This document shows positions 12,294 to 25,191 of a stretch of DNA of 64,000 nt, one piece after another. The notes under the pieces were generated by a model. It made no database searches, was not told the DNA's origin, and saw only the letters and a program-made list of their open reading frames with translations. The position numbers and the translations under genes are program-made. How positions within the stretch are numbered: position 1 is the stretch's first letter; every line of letters starts with the position of its first letter. The stretch covers positions 44,454,001-44,518,000 of the forward strand of contig OX597821.1 in NCBI GenBank assembly GCA_951406725.2. The letters are read 5' to 3'. The DNA is from Octopus vulgaris. Taxonomy: Eukaryota.

Positions 12294-12738
12294 CAGGGAA
12301 TTGACAACGTAGAAACATTTAACAACAGTCCAATGATAAATGTTTCTAGTTTTCTTTTTATTAAAGAGAAGTAAAATCCTATGACAATTGCTATTTCCAT
12401 GAATAATATTTACATAAAAAACTCTTTTTCCGAAAAAAGATCTTTATATGACCAAATTAACAAACTTCAGTGATCTTTCCTACAAGTTCCAGTATTCTTA
12501 TCATTGTAAAATTATATCAAAGTGATTTGTCTGTGCTTCTTGGGCCAAAAATTATCTCAGCCAAGTTGAGATGTTCATTTTTGCGTAAAGGTGAAAATAG
12601 AAGATCAAAGTATTTTTGAAGGACAAGTGCAAGTGTGTGTGACAGTAACATACACATACATCATACATGCAGACATATATCTATTTATATATACATATAG
12701 TATGTGTATAAATATGCATGTGTGTGTGTGTATATGTG

Positions 12739-12780
<42 letters not shown>

Positions 12781-12837
12781 CACATGCGCACGCACACACA
12801 CATCTGTACATATATATACATATGTATAAATATATAA

Positions 12838-13900
12838 TCATCATCATCATCGTTTAACGTCTGCTTCCTATGCTGGCGTGGGTTGGATGGTTTGACTAAG
12901 GACAAACAAGCCAGGAGGCTGTACCAAGCTCCAATCTGGCAAGGTTTCTACAGCTGGATACCCTTCCTAACACTAACCACTCTGAGAGTGTAGAGGGTGC
13001 TTTTTTTATGTGCCACTGGCATGGGAGCCAGTCAGGTGGCACTAACATCAACCACATTCAAATGGTGCTCTTTACATGCCACCGGCACATAAGCCAATCA
13101 GATGGCACTGGCATTGACCACAACTACAATTTCACTTGACTCAGCAGGTCTTCCCAAGCACAGCATATTGCCTGATGATTGAAGGGTACTTTTTAATGGG
13201 CCAGTTATGCAACACTGGCATAGGCCACAACTATAATCTCACTTTACTTGTCAGGTCTTAATCACAGCATATCTCCAAAGGTCTTGGTCACTTGACATTT
13301 CCTATGTGAGGCTCAATGTTCAAAAGTCATGCTTCCCCTCCTCATTCCATGTCTTCCTGGGTCTAGCTCTTCCACAGGTCCCCTCCACTGTTAGGGCGTG
13401 ACACTTCTTCACACAGCTGTCCTCATCCATATGCAACACACGACCATACCAGTACAATAGTCTCTCTTGCACACCACATCTGAAGCTTCTTATGTCTAAC
13501 TCTTCTCTCAGGGCGCTTACACTCTGTCATGTAAAAACACTGACATTACACATCCAGTGGAGCATACTAGCTTCATTTCTTTCAAGCCTACACATGTACT
13601 CGGCAGTCACAGCCCATGTTTGACTGCCATGTAGCATGACTGTTCACACACATGCATCATACTGTTTACCTTTCACTCTGAGTGAGAGGCCCTTTGTTAC
13701 CAGCAAAGGTAAGAGCTCTCTGACTTTGCCCAGGCTATTCTTATTCTAGCAGCTAAGCTCTCAGAGCATCCAACAACTTTGGTTACCTAGGTAATGGAAG
13801 CAATCAACTACTTCTATTTTTCCCCCTAGCATGTGATGGAAGCTGTTTTCTGTACACCTTCAGTGTTTATTGCAATATTATAACAGCAATAATTTCATGC
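12838..13900 (-). mobile_element. 5'-truncated RTE LINE (family of 36449-38150)
   Basis: (CAT)n tail, 3'UTR repeats, reverse-strand coding RIAWA/RELLPLLVTKGLSLRVKG...MLHGSQTWAVTAE. Confidence 0.9.
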
Positions 13901-14334
13901 ACATATCGCATGTGCTAATCAACAGGTCTGTTCATGCAAATTAGTTCGAAGGGCAATCCATCATTATATGTTCCTGTGTAGTCCATCTTTAATTGTATTA
14001 ACAATATTGTAAATCTATATGTGTTGGTAGGATAAGCAATTTTTCATGCAACAAATGGTTCAAGGAACAGTTTATGGCCAGTATAGAGATATCCTGTGTT
14101 GTTGAGCATAGGTGATGATGTGTTCATCACTTGGAAGACAGTATGTAAGGACAGACGCAAGTATATGCAAGGCAGTGAACAAATAGTTACCATACAACAT
14201 AGTAGACCCATGAAGTATCTCAGTGGTGTTGTATCACAAATGCATGTTCCTGGGGGAAGTTTAGGTTCACTCGCTAGAAGTTTCAGTAATCTGTAGATGC
14301 TAATCAAGTCAGTGTCTGTCATAAATTTTGCTTA

Positions 14335-14562
14335 CTGTAGAATGCAAATATGTATTTGCTAGCATGCAAGCACATTACCACTCTTTCTGAGAATTTATTA
14401 ATAATCCATTCCCTTGTCAACAAAATGCACAACAATTCCTCTGAGCATACTCCGCATCTCCTGGAAAGGGCATTGAATGATTGTGCATGTTTCATTGTGG
14501 ACCAAGTCAGATCATATTTAATCCACCAATGATGTTGAGTGCAACAGAAAATCTGCCAATGG

Positions 14563-14599
<37 letters not shown>

Positions 14600-14735
14600 C
14601 TTGGCGTTAGGAAGGGTATCCAGCTGTAGAAACACTGCCAGATCAGACTGGAGCCTGGTGCAGCCTTCTGGCTTCCCAGGCCCCAGTCGAACCATCCAAC
14701 CCATGGAAAACGGACGTTAAACGATGATGATGATG

Positions 14736-14771
<36 letters not shown>

Positions 14772-14960
14772 AAATGAGTTGAATAACACATGCGTTTGCT
14801 TCCATTTCTTAATTTATCTACATTATACAAAAACATTTCACTTGACCCAGGCTGTTATTGAGTGACTCTTGATAACTTTGTTGAAGCTAGAGATATGGTT
14901 TCAATATCACCTTTTAAATGAATCAGCCATTCAAGCAGTGAATGTGCTTCATCAGCTTAC
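14335..14960 (-). mobile_element. Decayed Penelope-like (Naiad-type, inferred) GIY-YIG endonuclease remnant, interrupted by an RTE tail
   Basis: DSFKR*Y*NHISSFNK (~14925-14875) and YDLTWSTMKHAQSFNALSRRCGVCSEELLCIL...INKFSERVVMCLHASKY (~14520-14345). Confidence 0.6.
14600..14737 (+). mobile_element. RTE LINE 3' tail fragment in a (TA)n tract
   Basis: ttggcgttaggaagggtatccagctgtagaaac...ggaaaacggacgttaaacgatgatgat. Confidence 0.85.
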
Positions 14961-15648
14961 TACTAGAATGTACCCAACACTCCTTGACAGAGGGATTTGG
15001 CTGAACCATCTGAATCATCTGAACAATGGGGATAGACACTGCTGATGACTCTGCAATCGATAAACAAAACTAGTCCAGTCCAATGGCTTCCACCTTTGCT
15101 CATGGGATGGTTATCTCCCCTGTCAGTGTATATAAATGTTTGTTTAAGCAGTTATGTCTTAACTCTTATTTCTAACAATATAGGTGCTTTTCAGCATTTT
15201 TAGTCACAATTTTAGTGGTGATTAAATTTTTCCTTTATGGATGTATATTGTGCATAGCTGCTTATATTAAATTTTACATATATATTCAAAACCAATAAAC
15301 ATCAATGACGATACCAGTTTGACTTTGAATCTCTTTAACAATTCAAAATAATAAATTTAATTCCTCTTGATTCTATCTAGCTCAGTTCATCTTATTGTAT
15401 TTATTTATCGCTACTTTTCATAAAAAAGCCTTTATTTTTTTTATATTCAATGTGCATTTTCATTTTTTCTTCTTACTTTCCCCATATCTTTTCCATGTGT
15501 AGTTTCTATTTTCTTTTTGAAACATATTTCTATTATTTATATATATATATATATATACATACACACTTATATATACATATGTATACATATTTAAGTAAAT
15601 AATCCTTCGAACAGATGGTCAGTAGCGATGCCTGCTGGGTTCGGCTAC

Positions 15649-15690
15649 TCTGCATTGATAAAGGCAAATACCCTGAAACTAGTCTGCAGA
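15649..15690 (+). ncRNA. Minimal type I hammerhead ribozyme, U3-A8 core variant
   Basis: tctgca-TTGATAA-agg caaatac cct-GAAA-ctag-TC-tgcaga: 6-bp stem I, 3-bp stem II, palindromic stem III. Confidence 0.7.
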
Positions 15691-16036
15691 TGCCAGACCA
15701 GCAAGGGGGAGTGGCTGACCTCCCCTGTTTGAAGGTTATAATGGACACCAATCCGTGTGTCACATAGCTAGCTAGAGGCGATGGCCTCCTGGAGCTAATC
15801 AATGGCAGCTTTTGTCCTATATTTATGGACTGCATTATTAGCTTGGCGATAACTATTAATATCCAGTACCGCTGCCATAGTCTCCTTTAGAGAAACTTAG
15901 AAATAATATTTCTATCGATTTTTTTATTTGGCACATAAACACTGTTCAATATTTATGTGTTGAAAAAAATTTATCTTTCTACTTGTTCTAGTATATTTTA
16001 TCGTAATTTTTTTTACATATTTATTTTCATACTTAC

Positions 16037-16076
16037 CCTCGACAGTGCTGTACGAACTTTTGTAATATTTGGACCT
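16037..16076 (-). CDS. Candidate micro-exon (38-40 nt)
   Basis: Donor GG|GTAAGT, acceptor aaatag| (or tagag|), upstream gctaac branch-like motif; open in all three frames (e.g. VQILQKFVQHCR). Confidence 0.35.
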
Positions 16077-16670
16077 CTATTTATTAATGAAGACAATTAA
16101 ACACAATTTTTGTTAGCTATTTCTTGACGCAAACTCATGGCTTCTGTGACGTCAACACACATACACATATACAGAATACACATATATGTCATGGGGTGTC
16201 AATCAAAACAAACACATGTCCGCTATCTGTGACATACACAAACACACATAGTCTTCACACTCTCAAAGAAAAAAACGTTGACTTTTTGATGTACACAATA
16301 TTTTAATTATTTAGAAATATTTTTAACTGAATGTGATTTCAAAAATGTAAGTTGTTTGTACAGTAAGTATTTATATTTTAGCTTTCTTTAAACAGACAGT
16401 ATTTTGATGTTTTTTAAAAATTATTTTCAAGTGAATGGTGATCTTTCACTTTAACTCTCAGAATTGTTCCAGAGTTTGTTAATTTCTATTAAAAAGTTTT
16501 CGTTAATTTCTATTAAAATGTTTTCACAGAAATTAACAAACAAAACCAGTTGATCTAGATAACAGTTTTGAGAGTTAAAACAGCAATTCTGCAAAACAAA
16601 GTGAAAGATCACCCTAAGGGAATATCATTACAAAAATATTTCCGAGTGCATTCAACATATCTCAGCTCAA

Positions 16671-16787
16671 AATATTTGGCTGCTATTTCTAGCACACCCT
16701 GCTACTACCTAACAGCTATTTGCAATAAAGGACTCAAAATACCTGTTACATGGTAGCAAGGTGTGCAAGAAATAGCAGCCAAATCTT
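16671..16787. repeat. Inverted repeat / ~117-nt hairpin
   Basis: aatatttggctgctatttctagcacaccctgctac pairs with gtagcaaggtgtgcaagaaatagcagccaaatctt; inner taacag/ctgtta extends the stem. Confidence 0.8.
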
Positions 16788-16845
16788 TGCTTTTCTGGGA
16801 AACTCAGACTTTCCAGATGATCTAACAGGTCACAGGTAGTCTAGT

Positions 16846-17195
16846 CGTGGTGTGGCACTCTGTTGGTTATGAGAATGAGGGTTCCAGCTGAAATTAACGT
16901 GCAAGTGGCTGAGCACTCCACAGACACATGTACCCTTAATGTAGTTCTTGAGGGAGATTCAGCATGACACAGAGTGTGACAAAGCTGGCCCTTTGAAATA
17001 CAGGTACAACAGAAACAGAAAGAAAGAGTGAGAAAAAGTAGTGGTAAAAGAGTATAGTAGGATTCACCACCACCTCCTGCCGAAGCCTCGTGGAACTTTA
17101 GGTGTTTTTGCTCAATAAACACTCACAATGCCTGATCTGGGAATTGAAACTGTGATCCTATGACTGCTCTAACAACTGGGCCATTGCACCTCCAT
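16846..17195 (-). mobile_element. tRNA(Arg)-like SINE family B1 with 11-bp TSD
   Basis: Homologous to 58722-59109; TSD ggtagtctagt at 16835-16845 and 17196-17206. Confidence 0.9.
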
Positions 17196-17215
17196 GGTAG
17201 TCTAGTATATATATG

Positions 17216-18188
17216 TAGTGCTCTTAGCTTAGATTTTCTGGGGTCGGCCAGATTAGAGCAGTCTCAAGAGTAACTGGTCAAAACTGCAAAGATGATCTGG
17301 TACTCGACTGAAGATTGAAAACTCTGACTGACCCGTCCTTGTTTTCTCCTGTCCTTTTTTGTATCGTCTAACTGTCCAAATGTGCTGTTGTTGTCTGTTA
17401 ATTTTTTGTTCCATTTTTTGTTTTGTTTTTTATATGTAAGTATTGTGGCATTTGTACACTTTTGCTCTCCTGTATGTAAGTATATAGATGTATATCTAAA
17501 TTCTGTACAACTCTTTTACTCTTTCCTTTATCCCCCTTCACACTTTCTTCATTCCTTCCACTTTTCTTTTTCTCGCTCCCACTCTCTCCCATATTTCTTG
17601 GCCTTCCCTTCATTCTCATCCCTCTCCCTCACTCTATTTCTTTCCTTTTTCTCTCTTTCTCGTCCATCCCTAATTCTTCAATCCCTCTACCCCTACCTTT
17701 CTCCTCTCCTTCCACATGACTGGTGTTTGGCCAAGCCTGACCTTCCTTGGTTCAACTACCATCCATGTAGCATCTCTTATATTCCTTCCCATGACTTTCA
17801 TCTTCTATGTTCCTGCTATAAGGCTTCACTTCCACGCACAACGTCAGCTTAATTTAATTCATCCTTGGTCGAAAGACACCTATTGTTAATGTCTTGTCAT
17901 TTGTAATTGTACACCATTTCTCTGGTTTTTCATCCATGTTTTTGTATACATTTGCTTGCTTTCTTCCAAAGAATCTAGTGCTCTTAGCTTAGATTTTCTT
18001 GGGACCAGCCAAATTAGAGTAGTGCTGAGAGTAATCAGCCAAAACTGCAAAGACGATCTGGTACTTGACTGAAGATTGAAAGCTCTGAATGACCTGTCTT
18101 TGTTTTTCCCTGTCCTTTATAGTATCATCTAACTGTCTGATTTTTTTTTTTTTTACCTGTTACGTTCTTGTTCTATTTTTGTTTTGAT

Positions 18189-18190
<2 letters not shown>
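17216..18190 (+). repeat. Element bounded by ~200-bp direct repeats 760 bp apart (pseudo-LTR-like)
   Basis: tagtgctcttagcttagattttct...aaaactgcaaaga...gactgaagattgaaa...tctaactgtc starts at 17216 and 17976. Confidence 0.75.
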
Positions 18191-18222
<32 letters not shown>

Positions 18223-18298
18223 AGTATAAGTTGAAGATTATACATACTGAAATTTCTGTAATTTATTAAAACAAAAGCAAGGGTTGAACAATTGCATC

Positions 18299-18680
18299 AT
18301 TTTTCAACAGTATCCTTGCTTTTCAAGGCACTTCTTCCAACAGACAACAAACTTGCTTATTCTATTGAAGATTTTCAGCTGGTCATGCACCCATTTATGC
18401 ACCAACTTTCTGCACTTCTTCATTCAAATCAAATTGACAACCTCATAAAGAATGTCTGAGCAGTCCAAGGGGCTGATAGTCAGAAGGGACAATATCAGGA
18501 CTCCATGCAGGGTGTTCCACCAACCCAAAACCCAACTTTTCAATGGTTTCAAAAGTGTGGGCAACCATATGTGGGTGTGCATTGTCAGGCAAACTTAACA
18601 CTTAATTTCACAATAGACCTCAATATTTGGTGTGAATTGCTGATTTCACTTTATTGACCAGTATTTCACGGTAGCCTACA
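18299..18680 (-). pseudogene. Mariner transposase C-terminal half (decayed)
   Basis: DNAHPHMVAHTFETIEKLGFGLVEHPAWSPDIVPSDY...WKKCLESKDTVEK*. Confidence 0.85.
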
Positions 18681-18695
18681 CAGGTGATTAGTGAA

Positions 18696-18766
18696 GGCAC
18701 ATGGTTCAGTGGTTAGAGTGTTGAGCTCACAATCATGAGGTACTGAGTTCAATTCCCAGACCAGGG
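18696..18766 (+). mobile_element. Isolated tRNA-derived SINE head
   Basis: A-box tggttcagtgg and B-box gagttcaattcc; similar to the family B head. Confidence 0.6.
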
Positions 18767-19891
18767 GCTTCTTTTAGGCAGAGTCCACAAGTCGAAATTT
18801 TAACCCATAGCTCACATTGTGTAAAAACAAATTCTTCCACACTTTTTAATTCTTCCATAAGTCACAAATTTAAACTTACCCACTAGACATAACACTCACA
18901 CACATAGCTCCATGATCATTAATACATATCCTTGTATATCTCTTCAATCTATTTTAGTACCTTACAAGATAACTGTTAATTCTCAAATTTATTTTTTAAC
19001 CTTAACCTATTAAATCCCCTAATATTTAGCTGTAACTCTTATTCCTAAATAATTTAACATTCAACTAGTTTCTCTATTCACAACTACCTACACACTCATA
19101 CCCCCAGAGCTAAAAATATTTCTTCAGCCAGACCTTAGCCTTAAAACAGACACAAACACTTACTACTAGATTTCCTCCCTAACCCCTACAAACTAGAGGA
19201 ATAGCACTGGCATCTACTATTCTCTTTGAATCCCTTTCATCTTACTCTATTTTGTTTTTTATGTTATCTTCCTTTACTTCTTCCTCTTTCCTTATTTACT
19301 CTTATATATTTATTTATTTATCTTGTTTATTTTTGTACATTATATTTTTATATAATTTATTTTATCCTTCATACCAATCCTTGCTTTCCTCCTCCAATTT
19401 CTGCACCTCCTGCTTCATCATTGTTCGACCGTGGTCGAGACAATGGAATTTACCATGCTACGCCAGACTTCACAGTCCATCATGGCATTACGGAGGTCCT
19501 GTTGCTGGATGCCTGTATCCCTGGAGATTACATCAGGGTAGGAGAGTGTGCACCCTCTGGTATTGCGATCACTACCAACACCTTCCTCTCTTTCTATTTA
19601 TTTCTCTTTCTCTTTTTCCCTTAATAGCCACATCTGCTACCATTCTCTTACAAAACTTCGATACATTCATGTTTATCTCTGGATATTTACAATATTTTAC
19701 ACTATTAAGGCTATAACCACACATGGATTTACATGGGATTGCACTTAAGGATTTATTGATTAACATCTACACTATCAAAAAGTTGAACTATGAACTCTTA
19801 AGCTTCTTTATTTCTTCATTTCTTTATTCCTTTTCTCCTGTCCCCTATGTCATTGTTTCATTAATCTGTACCCTTTATATTTTCCCCAATT

Positions 19892-19950
19892 TGACTCTGA
19901 TGACAGAATATTCCATACTTTGGGATATCCCAGAAACAGCTGTCAGACTT
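19892..19950 (+). ncRNA. Penelope-type minimal hammerhead ribozyme (stem I decayed) in a pLTR-like remnant
   Basis: CTGATGA, stem II gaatattcca/tgggatatcc, GAAA-cagctg-TC. Confidence 0.6.
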
Positions 19951-21119
19951 TGAATTTTTCCAATATTAATAACGTATATGACTTGAGATGTTTGTCATGC
20001 CTTAACATTTGTAGTCTAAACAAGATGAAAGCTCCTTCACTAATGGGATCCAAGCACAGTAATACCAATGTGTGCTGTAATGTGAAGTGTGATGACTGTA
20101 AGAACTATTGAAAAATAAACCTTATCTGGTCACATTCCATGAATATTTTGGTCAGCCTATGGACTTTTCAGCCAATTCTCATACTATTATTTTTTATCCT
20201 CTTTAATTCCTGCAGTACAGTCTACTACAATCTCATGACAAGTATCATTTTGGTGTGTCCCTTGGACCCAGGTGCTCTACTGGAGTAGATCACCAATCTC
20301 TTTGAAATTCAATGAGATTATATCATTCTCTGGCTCATGGGCCTCCTGGGTGGCACCCATAGCATCCCATTTACTCCCCATTCTCTCTCTTCCCTTACCT
20401 CCCTCTCTCTTTCTCTCTATCTATCTATCTCTCCTCCTCTCTTTCTCACGCTAGACAATAAGTATTGATAGCTAGAACACATGCCTTTATGAAACCTCAA
20501 AGATGTCATGAGTTTCACCATTCTTCATCACATCAATTCCTCATTAACTGCCATTTGATTTACCAAGTTCAGTACCAAGTTCAATCTTCCCTTAACATTT
20601 CTCAGACTGAAAGAATTAAAAAGAAATGTCCAATACTGTTTGCTAGAATCTCTACAAAACATATAGACCCTTAACATTCATCAGCTGGCATTAGGGGACC
20701 ACTAAATCAGTGTTTATTGGTGGGTAATAAAAGAGCATATATATTCATAGAGTGTATATATTTGTAGGTGTATGTATTCATAGACTGTATATATATTTAT
20801 AGAGTGTATATATATCTAAAGTGTGTATCTTGCATATACATTTAAATGTGTGACTACCACTGTATGAGTTAGAGTTTATGGTTGGGCTTAAAAACAATGA
20901 GAAGTATTTAGCTGAAATAATCCCAGCCATTAACAATACAGTCTAGAAAAGCAAAGTCCCAGAACTATGGATATCATAGTGATGTGTTTCTTTTGAGCTA
21001 TTTGTGGAACAACCAGATTAAGTAGTGTTTTGAAATCACCACTCCTATTTGACTGACAGTATATGCTGCATCTAATGGGTATTAGGATTTGCATACATGT
21101 TTTCCATGCCTGTAAGACA

Positions 21120-21480
<361 letters not shown>

Positions 21481-22626
21481 GAATTCATAAGAGTATGTAC
21501 CTTAAAGAGGTGTTTGTTTTGTAGCAAAATCAAATTTTGATTATGCGGTTACTTTTGCTTATGTGCATGACATCATCGACATATATTTGTTCACAATGTT
21601 GATATGAAGAGAAACTGAATAGCAACATGAGTTACCATAACTACAAATACATTCATTTGCCCTATCTGTGTGTGTGTGTGTGTGTGTGCATGTGTGCACA
21701 TGTGACTGTGCATGTATATGTGCATGTTAGTGCATGCTGAAATTTCAGACCTGTAGTGAGGTTCTGTTGATGTGTTGCACGTGGTTTTTCACACATGTTT
21801 CTCAAGTAAATAAAAATGCAACTTATCTCTGATTATGTACAGTTGGCAAATAAACCAATACTTTGAAACCTTTGTCAGATTAACAAATAGAAGAGTATCT
21901 GTGGTTTGAAATCTTATCATCACCATGACCATCATCGCTATGATTATTATTATTATTTTCATCATCATCACCATCATTAACACTATTATTTTTGTTGTCA
22001 TCATCATTATCATCATCATTGTCATCATTTCATCAACAATATCAACCTGTGTCCCAACATGACATAAACCATCAACCACTATTTTTTTCTTCACACATTA
22101 ACTGTATCAGTTTTGAAACTCCTTTTTATCTCTCAGTCCTGTAAGTTTCTCCAGTACTATCGCAACCAGTAATCAATATCCTTCCCTTTCAGATATTACA
22201 TCAAAAGTAATAAAACTTTCTTTCATTTTAGTTATTTCCAAAATGATTATAATCTGTATTGTATATTTCCAATTCTGAGAATAAATATTTGATTTAATTT
22301 TCTTATCTTCCACAACTTGAATTCTTCCTGTTTTTTATAATAACTTTTAAAAATATATATGAGTAAGGGTTAATTCAGTAAGAATTAATAGTTGGGTATA
22401 GGAAGGGGAAAAAACAAAATATCCAATCACTACCATATAACCTGCAAGACAAGATCCCTTGGCAGAGGAGAGGTGCAGCATTGAGGAAGGTGACTTAGTG
22501 TCATATGCTGAGAGGCTAAAGTATGATGGAAGAACAGAAACAGGTATCTTGTAACAGAGAAGATTCGCAGCTGCTTCAACAGGAAAAGGAGAAAGGATGG
22601 TGGAGATGGTGTATCAGGGCATATCC

Positions 22627-22855
22627 TTAACCCTTTAGCATTTAAACTGGCCATATCTGGCCAAAAGTATTCTGCCTGTTTTATGTTCAAACTGGCCAGA
22701 TCTGGTCTCTCACACCAACCCTACAATATTGTTTTAAAAATTAACTGCTACCTCATCAAAATCTCAAAGCTACAAGATAATGCATGATTAGTTCAAAACA
22801 AAGTGGATGAAAAAGCATTAATTTTGGTAGAATAATGCGAACACTAAAGGGTTAA
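22627..22855 (+). mobile_element. piggyBac-like MITE
   Basis: TTAA-CCCTTTAG...CTAAAGGG-TTAA. Confidence 0.9.
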
Positions 22856-23228
22856 AGTATAAGAAGATAGACAGACAGAGAATGGGAAGAAAGAGATGAA
22901 GATGCCTGGATGGATAGCTTCGTGAGAATGTGAAAGAAGAGTGACAGTTGGTTAGAGGTGAGAATTTAATTTTAATAAAATCATTTCTGAATAAATCATA
23001 TTTAAATTTCAAGAAAACAGATAAATTTAAAATCATATTTCTTTTTAGCATTATACTTCTTGCTGTAAAATCATCTTTAATTGAAGAAGTTGTTATGCAT
23101 AAATTCATTTCTACTCATTAAAATATAGTGATTTCTTATATAGGTGAGAAGTCTGACTATAGGTGAGAGGGGTATTGAGGGAAATTGTGATAATTATAAA
23201 TAAATAATTTTTTATATTAAACAAAGCT

Positions 23229-23452
23229 TTAACACTTTTGATATCAACCTGCCTGATATTGTCCTTTGTTCTATGGTACAAACTTTTTGTTTTAAAGTGA
23301 TCCAAAACTTTCCCTCAAAATTTCATGTTAAAATATGTTCCAAACAAGCTTAGTAATGGCAAAGTTATTTTTTCTAAATTCTTCATTATTTTCAAAATTA
23401 ATTGAAACAAAAGCTTTGTATATCAACAGAAATATGATAATGAAGGGTTTAA
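23229..23452 (+). mobile_element. Second piggyBac-like MITE family (another partial copy at ~55020-55215)
   Basis: ttaa-cacttt...aaggg-tttaa ends; body aaaatttcatgttaa...gttccaaaca...ttcattatttt shared with 55020-55215. Confidence 0.65.
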
Positions 23453-23570
23453 ATAATAGCATGTAGAATATTGTATTAAAAATACCTTTGGATGAAAAAA
23501 AGACAAAGGCTGCTTATGGGGCATGAACCCTCATCTTTAGCAATATAAATGATGAGAAATCAAACCCAGT

Positions 23571-23798
23571 TTGACCCTTTAACATTTAAACTGGCCATAT
23601 GCAACCCAAATGTTCAATTTGTTTTATGTTAAAACTAACCAGATCCAACCTCTTGCACATACCCTACAATGTCCTTCTAAAACTATGCAAGCACACCATT
23701 GAAATTTTGAAACCACAAAATAATGTGTGATTAATTCAGAAGAATGAGAATAGATAAGCAATAAATTTAACAAAGAAATCTGAATGCTAAAAGGTTAA
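23571..23798 (+). mobile_element. piggyBac-like MITE (family of 22627)
   Basis: ttgaccctttaacatttaaactggccatat...gctaaaaggttaa. Confidence 0.8.
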
Positions 23799-25117
23799 GA
23801 AATAAGTCACCATGAACCTAACAACATGTTATGGTGTTAGTCACAGTCTCTATTCAATATTCATTTCTTTTTGCTGGACTTAGGATTTCTGATTAATGCA
23901 CAGCAAATAATTTGTACTTTCACATCCATTATCAGGAATTGAAACCATACATTCAGTGCACCTTTATCTATTGTTTAATTGTACCTGCAGGTTGTAAGAC
24001 TTGGGGTTTTATTGCTTTTTTACTATTTACTTCAATTTTAAGCATTAACAATTTTTTAATAGTTACTTTTATAGTGAAAACTTCATTTGTAAATGTTGTA
24101 TACAAAATAAATTTCAAATAATTAAGGTTTAATTATTAATACTGTTGACATTCCTTTAGTTACTTTAAGATTAACCACTTGTCTAAACAGAGAATTAATG
24201 AGTTCTGAGATAAGAGCTTGGCATAAATTATTCAGCAATTCTAATAGCGTTACTACATTTGTGGGGTTTTATTTTTTGTAATTTAATCAAGTTATTATTT
24301 CATATTAACAACATGTGTTTTCTGGGGCTCATGTCAGAGGACTGACTCAGCCAAAGATATTTTTTGATACCATTGTATCTTTCCCATTCTTTTGTCTTCT
24401 TTTACTGTATGATATGGAGCTCACTCTTCCATGAAGAGGCAGCTGCTATTCTCAATTTGACCACTATACCAAATTGGTCGAAGACTTAATCCAGGATGCA
24501 AACAATTTGTCCATATTGAAGGACAGAAATGTAACTCAAAACATAAAGATGGACAAAATGCCATGAAACATTTTGCCCAGCATGCTAATAACAATAATAC
24601 TTTTAAGTATGACACTCAAACATCCTTCAATTTACCCTTGATGTTGAGGAAGCAAGCAGAGGTAATAGCCAATTGAACTTACTCCAATTAATGTTCACAG
24701 AATTAATTTTTTCAGAATAATTTTTACAGAAGAAAGTCGAAAACAACATCTAGTTTTTCAATTAAAGCCTTCACCAATTCAAATGCAAAAATTATTTTTC
24801 CTTCCCCACCTTATAAGGCCACTAAGTACTAAACGAACAAGTTTGACCATACCAATACAAAAGCCCTGCCTCTTTACCTCCCCTCCTTCTCAAAAAAGTT
24901 TTTCCTTCTCCCTTGCTTGGCAAGCACCACAAAATTTTTTATATATATAAAAAGGCCAAGAAATCTAACTTTAAACAATTTTTTGATAAATCTGATAATG
25001 GAAGAAAACGCTAAAATTGTAAATAAAATGTAAATAAATAAAAAATATATGTAATTATCCACCATTCTGACTACCTTATAATTCTAAATATACAATATCT
25101 GTACATCACTACAAAAA

Positions 25118-25189
<72 letters not shown>

Positions 25190-25191
<2 letters not shown>

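Noticed and set aside
14860-14945. In-frame TGA codons in Naiad-type fragments as selenocysteine (also ~36431)
   Set aside because: They fall at Arg/Trp positions explained by CGA>TGA or TGG>TGA decay, not at Cys positions; no SECIS recognised.
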